Below are positions 53,261 through 64,000 of a stretch of 64,000 nt of DNA, piece by piece. Position numbers and translations under genes: made by a program. Under the pieces are notes generated by a model. It saw nothing but the letters and a program-made list of their open reading frames with translations, did no database searches and had not been told where the DNA came from. The stretch comes from the human T2T-CHM13v2.0 reference genome, Homo sapiens: NCBI RefSeq assembly GCF_009914755.1, contig NC_060931.1. One strand, 5' to 3'. Within the stretch, counting starts at the first letter, position 1. Each line of letters starts with the position of its first letter.

Positions 53261-53545
53261 CAGGTGCAGGGACTTATGCTTATAATCCTAGCACTTTGGG
53301 AGGCCTAGGTGGGTGGATCACTTGAGCCTACGAGTTTGAGACCAGCCTGGGCAACACAGCAAGACTCCATCTCTATGAAAAATAAAAACATAGCCAGGTG
53401 TGGTGGCACGCACCTGTGATCCCAGCCACTCAGGAGGCTGAGGTGAGAGGATTGCTTAAGCCTAAGAGGTTGAAGCTGCAGTGAGCCATGATTCACCACA
53501 CTCCAGCCTGGGCAGCAGAGCAAGACCCTGTTTCAAAAATATTTA

Positions 53546-53861
<316 letters not shown>

Positions 53862-54416
53862 TTATATATAAATATATATATATAAAACAAAAGATATGAA
53901 TGAAGAGATGCATGGGGCAAGGTACAGGGGAAGGCCTCAGAGCTTCCTTGCCCTACCCAGGAGTGCCACCCTCCAGGAACCACCATGTGTTCCGCTCTTC
54001 AGATGCTCCCTGAACCCTGCCCTTTTGAGTTTTTATGAAGGCTTCATTATGTAGGCATGATTGATTAAACCATTGGTCATTGGTAATCAACTTAATTTTC
54101 TGCCCCCTTCCCTCCCCAGAGTAGGGGGATGGGGCTGAAAGTTCCAACCCTCTAATCCTGCTTTAGTGTTTTTGATAACCAGCCTTCATCCTGAAGCTAC
54201 ATAGGAATTGCCAGGATTAGTAAACTCATTAGCATACAAAAAGACACTTATCACAGATTCCAAGGATTTTAGGAGTTGCAGGCTAGGAGATGGGTATGTA
54301 GACCAAATATATATTTCACAATCTCACAGTCCACCCCCAGTATTCAAACACAGATCCCTTGCGGCACAAGGATATACAACCCAAAAGACACTGGCACATT
54401 CTTAGAATCCCATTCA

Positions 54417-54641
<225 letters not shown>

Positions 54642-54755
54642 TCATGAGGTCAAGAGATTGAGACCATCCTGGCCAACATGGTGAAACCCCGTCTCTACTA
54701 AAAATACAAAAATTGGCCAAGCATAGTGGTGGGCACCTGTAATCCCAGCTACTCA

Positions 54756-54881
<126 letters not shown>

Positions 54882-55525
54882 TTAGCCAGCTGTGGTGGTG
54901 TGTGCCTATAGTCCTAGCTACTTGGGAGGCTGAAGTGGGAGGATTGCTTGAGACTGGGAGTTCGAAGTTGCAGTGAGCTATGATCCCACCACTGTACTAC
55001 AGCGTGGGTGACAGAGTAAGACCCTGTCTTGAAAAAAAAAAAATAATAATAATCCAGTTTGCCATCCTATTGTATGAATATGTCCCCTAAGCAAGGCCTG
55101 GTGGGAGGTCACTGAGGTTTGCAGGTTTCCATTAATTCTGTTAAGTCCCAAAAGCAGGAGTGGTCTCAGCAAACATATAGCTTCCCCCTTTCACGCATCT
55201 AGTATAACTGAGCTAAGAGACAATGTCGCCTCTTGCTCTGAGTCTCTTTCAAGGTGTTAACGTGATACTGGATCTCCTTCAATTCTTAATCCATTTATTC
55301 ATTTATTTACTCTCAGTTCCTATTGTTTCTTCTTTCCATTAATACCCACAAGTTTTCACCTTTGGAAGCTGACATTACAATCTAGACCAGCTGCTGTCCT
55401 GGACTAGATTACAGGCAGCAACAGTAGTCTCAAAAGGACTTCCCACTCAGTCTACTTCCATTCATACAGGGTAAGGTGCAGAACTACAGGCTATTGTTAT
55501 CACCAGGCAATATAGCTGCATTAAC

Positions 55526-56203
<678 letters not shown>

Positions 56204-59049
56204 ACTGTTAAACTCTAATTTTGCTAGGGGAGGGGGAGTGTGGTGGGGAGGGCACAACCCACCCCCATTAGGCCCTTAGGAATTATAACATGAAATCTTA
56301 AAACATAGTTACAGTTTCTTGCTTAGAACTTATACCTGGCCGGGTGTGGCGGCTCACACCTGTAATCCCAGAATTTTCGGAGGCTGAGGTGGGTGCATTG
56401 CTTGAGCCCAGGATTTTAAGACCAGCTTGGGCATCATGGTAAAACCCCATCTCTACAAAAAAATACAAAAATTAGTTGGGCATGGTGGTGAAGCTACTCA
56501 GGAGGCTGAGGTGGGAGGATCACTTGAGCCTGGGAGGTTGAGACTACAGTGAGCCAAGATTGCAATACTGCACTCAAGCCTGGGTGACAGAGTGAGACCC
56601 TGTCTCAAAAGGTGGCAGTTGCAACCCTGGTCCTAGACCCACTGTGTCAGGTACAAAAAGAAAAGAAAATTGAAGTGATATGGAGAAGAAAAAAATGATA
56701 GTTGTTATACCAACGTACTCCTCCTTTGGCAAGAATTGCATAGACATACCAGCATCCTACTGACCCCCTTCCCCAGATACTTACACACACACATACACAC
56801 ACACACACAACCAGGAAAATCTAGTGGGGACACAGCTTTAGTCCCACCCATCATGCATGTGAGCACAGACTCATGAAGGTGCACACACCATCCCTCAGGC
56901 TTCTATCACTCCTCACCCTTGTTTTAGACAACCAATGTTTTCCTTTTTTTTTTTTATTTTTTTTTAGCAACTAGACCACCAGGGAGATAATCAATGTTTG
57001 TTATTGTTGTTTTAATAAAGAAAAGGAATTTATTTCTTACAGTCTGGGAAGCTGAGAAGTCCAAGGTCTAGGAGCTGCATCTGGGGAGGGCCTTCCTGCT
57101 GGTGGAGATTCTCTGCAGAGCTCTGAGGTACTGCAGGGCGTCACGTGGCAGGGGTGCTGAGTGTGCTAATGTGTTCACATCTCTCTCCCTTCTTCTTTTT
57201 TTTTTTTTTTGAGATGGAGTCTCACTCTGTCATCCACATTGGAGTGCAGTGGTGCAATCTCACTGCAACCTCTGCCTCTTGGACTCAAGTTATCCTCCTA
57301 TCTCAGCCTCCTAAGTAACTGGGACTACAGGTACACACCACCATGCCTAGCTAATTTTTTTATTTTTTTGTAGAGATGAGGTTTTGCCATGTTGTCCAGA
57401 CTCCTGGGCTCAAGCAATCTGCCCACCTCAGCCTCCTAAAATGCTGAGATTACAGGGGCGAGCCACGGTGTCCAGACTCTTTTTTTGTTTTTTAATTTAA
57501 GTTCAGACGTACACGTGCAGGTTTGTTATGTAGATAAACTTGTGTCATAGGGGTTTGTTGTACAGATTATTTCAAAACCCAGGTATTAAGCCTAGTGCCC
57601 ATTAGTTATTTTTCTTGATCCTCTTCCTCTTCCCACCCTCCACCCTCCAATAGGATCAGGTGTGTGTTGACAACCAATGCATTAATTGCCTATTTCACTT
57701 CTCTATCAAACCACTACTCTGAGGAGGATATCTCTGCCATTCTTGGGCATTATGTACAGTATGTTCTTTGGTCTGAATAAATGATTTTTGGTCATCCAAA
57801 TCCATGCAATATCTTCTGTTCTGTTTTTATTATTATAAAACATATCTACTCATTTCATGAACTCAGGTGTCCACCTCAAGGAAGCCCACAGGGATATGTG
57901 CTGTCAATTCTAGTCACCTTCTAAACCTGGAACCATTAGCTCTTCTAACGGTCATCAATGGGTCCTGCTTCAATGCACTCCTCAAATTTCCATAGGACCA
58001 TGACCCACATGGGCATTCTTTTAATAGACAAGGGTTCCATTGTTGTCCTGCCTGACTATGTGGCCCAGCCAATGCCCATGAGCTAACAAACCCAAACACA
58101 GGAGCTTTTACCACTGTTCCATCCTTCAGCATGCAATTCAGCCCATCAGGCTGGTCTGTTGTTATCTTCTTCAATCAAAGTGGCATCCTTCCAAATAGGA
58201 TGTTGTCTATTCACCTTGAAACTGCCATCCATAAGTCAAGCAGCTATTTCTCAGTCGGTTAAGAGCTATTTATTAGGCATTGTAGAATCCAGCAGCTCCT
58301 CACCCAGTCCCACAGTTCCAGAGTTAGTCCTAGGGGAAAGAGGCTCCCTGATCATGAGTGTTTCTTACCTGCACTCACTAGATAACATGATCTCATATAA
58401 AACACTCGTTTTTATTATGGAGGCCTTCTGGGCACTGTCATCCCATTAGAGTGTTTCTCTGACATCCTAGACATTATAGGTATTTCAGGTTTCAAGGTCA
58501 TTTTATGTCCTTCAGCGGCAGGGGAAGCTCCAATTAATGTCACATAACAAGGAAGTAAGGGCACACCCGTGGAAATTCTCTAGTCTAAAGCACCAATAGT
58601 TATTATTGGAAGGCACTCATAGACTTTTTCCGTAAGACCCAGTAAATGTTCCACACAGGATACTAAATGGAGAATTTGCCCAACCAGCACTCCAGCTTCT
58701 ACTCTGCATTGTGTAGGCCTAGGCACTCTTACTGGGGTTCCCATTAGTGTTACAGTCTCACCAATGCACTACAATGTAGCAGTCTCTCGTTGTTTGAGGT
58801 ATGGCTGGAAGTTCTTTGTCTCACAACCATGAAAAGTAAGGAGCGTGGACACCAAGGGTGAGATTAGAGCAAAAGTTTAATAACCGTAAGAAGAAACCTC
58901 TCTGCTGTTAGAGGGGGCCCAAAAGAGGGTTGCCATTTTTACAGCTGAATGCAAATGCTTTTATAAGAAACCAGTGGGCCTCTTGCGGTGGCTCATGCCT
59001 GTAATTCCAGCACTTTGGGAAGCTGAAGTGGGCAGATCACCTGAGGTCA

Positions 59050-59319
<270 letters not shown>

Positions 59320-60084
59320 TTAGATACAGTGTCCATCCCCATAACACAATCAGGTAAAAGAGAGGCATCCACTTCACATGAAGTGTATTCAAATATAACT
59401 ACTCCCCTATGAACTTTTATCTTAAATCCATCAACCCTTACTTTCCTGTGGTTCCCAATGGATATTATCAACAGGTTTTGGCTTTATGATACTAGTTAAA
59501 GGAATGTTCCCCTAGACAAATTAAAGAAAAATCCTGTCAACACTCTCATTTTGTGTTCTAATCTCAGGAACTTCTCTGTCCCTGGGCCATTTTACCCTCT
59601 CTCATGCAGAAGACTTTGTGTCTCCTTGAGCCCTTTTATCAATCTTTATCTTAATTAATTTTCCTAACTAGTGCCCTAGACAATATCAGATCAAATTTCT
59701 CATTGTAATCTCTGCCTTCAGACTCTCAATTTCTCCAGATTGAGGTAAATACAGCAAACCTATTTGGAACCCCTTAATTATTAAGAGGGGCTCCCTTTGG
59801 TCCACCCAGCCTTTTATAGTGTTGTATTAACACCTGTGTTTTGACCCAATCTTGTAAGTAACCAAGGAAAGAGAGAGAGAGAGAAATGAGAGAGTCATGG
59901 CCAACATGTATTTTTGTACTAAAAATACAAAAATTAGCCAGGCATCATGGCACATGCCTGTAATCCCAGATACTCGGGAGGCTGAGGTAGGACAATCACT
60001 TGAACGCAGGAGATGGAGGTTGCAGAGAGCCAAGATCATGCCACTGCCCTCCAGCCTGAGGGACAGAGCAAGACTCCATCTCAA

Positions 60085-60296
60085 ATACATATGGTGAAGG
60101 AACATGTTTTAGGGTAAAATAGTTTGATTTTCTTCTTTGTCACGTAATGTTATGCCAGAGTCATTGGAAAGTAAGTCATGATATATAGGCTTAAATAAAA
60201 CTCATCTGATGAGAATTTGATTTGTAGGGCATGACTTTCCAGACTCCTTAGATAGGAATTTGGGCAAGGTAAGAAAAAAACAGAGCTTAGTCCTCA
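60085..60296 (-). mobile_element. MER4-family LTR 5' fragment
   Basis: Reverse complement starts tgaggactaagctctg...cccaaattcctatctaaggagtctgg. Confidence 0.75.
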
Positions 60297-60451
60297 CTGG
60301 CATTCAATGGCTCAGTCACAGCTTTCTGCAGCCTCAACCTCCCAGGCTCAAGCAATCCTTACACCTCAGCCTACTGAGTAGCTGGGACTACAGGCATGCA
60401 CCACCACACTTGGCTAACTTTTTATTTTTTGTAGAGACCAGGTCTCATTAT

Positions 60452-61768
<1,317 letters not shown>

Positions 61769-63191
61769 TTATATTGCCCAGTCTGGTCTCAAACTCCCAG
61801 GCTCAAGTGATCCTCCTGCTTCAGCCTCCTAAAGTGCCGGGATTCCAGGCATGAGCCACTGCACCCAGCTCTCTCCCCACACTGACTACCTTCTTGGTGA
61901 ACAGAAATCTTAGAGATAACTTCTGTTGCCCTGGCAGAATTTTCCCCTTTGAGAGTGGCCTTGAGGCTAAGTTGCCTGAGATCAGACAGACGACCTCTGA
62001 CCTTTTGTCCAGCCTCAAGGCCCAACCCAATACTTTCTTTTACTTTCATTTTAGCTAGTACAGATAACAACCAAGGGATTGTGTGTTCATCATTCTTCTG
62101 ATTATTTTGCATTTCCATACATATCCAATGGGCCAACTCCTGAGGAGTTAGGTCTACCATAATCTCTAAATTCCACTGGTAAATTTGACCTTTAGTTACT
62201 GAACCCAGTGCAGCTGCAGTTTCATACTACGGGTGACTAGGGCACCACCCAGAGATCAAATATTCCTCTCCCCCCACGCTTTTATCCTTTATCTTTCCAA
62301 ACCACAAGTTTCCACGAGCCAGGTCTGTTCCAGCAAATGCTGCTTTACTGATACCAATTCTGAGTAGAAAAAAAAAAAAAAAAAAAAACAAGCTAAGGCC
62401 AGGGATGGTGGCTCACACCTATAATCCTAAAGCTTTGGGAGGCCAATGTGGGACGATTGCTTGAGCCTAGAAGTTCCGAGACCAGCCTGGACAACATAGC
62501 AAGACCACTTCTTTATTAAAAATTAAAGACAATTAGCCAGACATGGTGGCACATGCCTGTAGTCCCAGCTACTCGGGAGGCTGAGGCAGGAGGATCACTT
62601 GAGCCCCAGAGGCTGCACTGTGCTGTGATCATGGCACTGCAGTCCAGCCTGAGCAACAGAATGAGATCGTCTCAAAAACTAAAAAAACACGCATTGTTTT
62701 TTTCACCATTCTTGCACCCCAACAACCAGCACAGAAGACTTCTATAACCAAATATGTGGGTTTTTCCCCACACCAGCAAGCAATCATTTCTGCAGTAGAC
62801 ACCAGCTGGGTGCCCTTCAATTCAGTCCAATTCTGACACTCTCTACCTGGAGATGGAGTGAGGGCTCAGTCCCACAAGACCGCCCTCCTACTTCCAATGC
62901 CAGTTGCAAGCACAGATAGTGGCCTGTGCTTCTCACTCACTGGCTATAAACTGGGATTCCCATGCTCCCCTCCTGGGGCTCCATTAGTTTTCTGGAATGG
63001 CTCACAGAACTCAAGGAAATATTTATTTACATTTGCAAGTTTATTTTAAAGGATATTGACATGGAAACAGATGGAGAAGTGCACAGAGCAGAGTAGAGGG
63101 GAAGAGGTTCCAAGCTTCCATGCCATCTCCAGGTGCACCACCCTCCAAGAACCTCCAGGTGTGCAGCTATCTGGAAGCTCCTAGAAATTGA

Positions 63192-64000
<809 letters not shown>

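Overview
Primate (human-like) genomic DNA, extremely rich in Alu, LTR and L1 repeats, with no intact protein-coding gene; almost all listed ORFs are Alu/L1 translation artefacts. Recognisable parts include the 3' half of a HERV-L provirus (pol, dUTPase, MLT2A LTR), many solo LTRs, old L1s, Tigger1, an L3/CR1 remnant, a MER21-type provirus, and an RPS17 processed pseudogene carrying a MADE1 MITE that itself contains a U2 snRNA 5' fragment. Main observation: the small non-repeat islands left between the repeats, hand-translated and read in order, match the SAMD9/SAMD9L antiviral protein family (SAM-AlbA_2-SIR2-like-STAND NTPase-TPR-OB) collinearly across the whole window. They describe one near-complete unit followed, about 30 codons later and in the same frame, by a second unit (SAM to P-loop) that runs off the right edge. 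A ~4 kb inversion (34174-38236) flips the junction between the units. This looks like a long-dead tandem 'double-SAMD9' gene. All protein comparisons are by eye against human SAMD9 as recalled from memory, repeat subfamily names are recalled, and both need computational confirmation.
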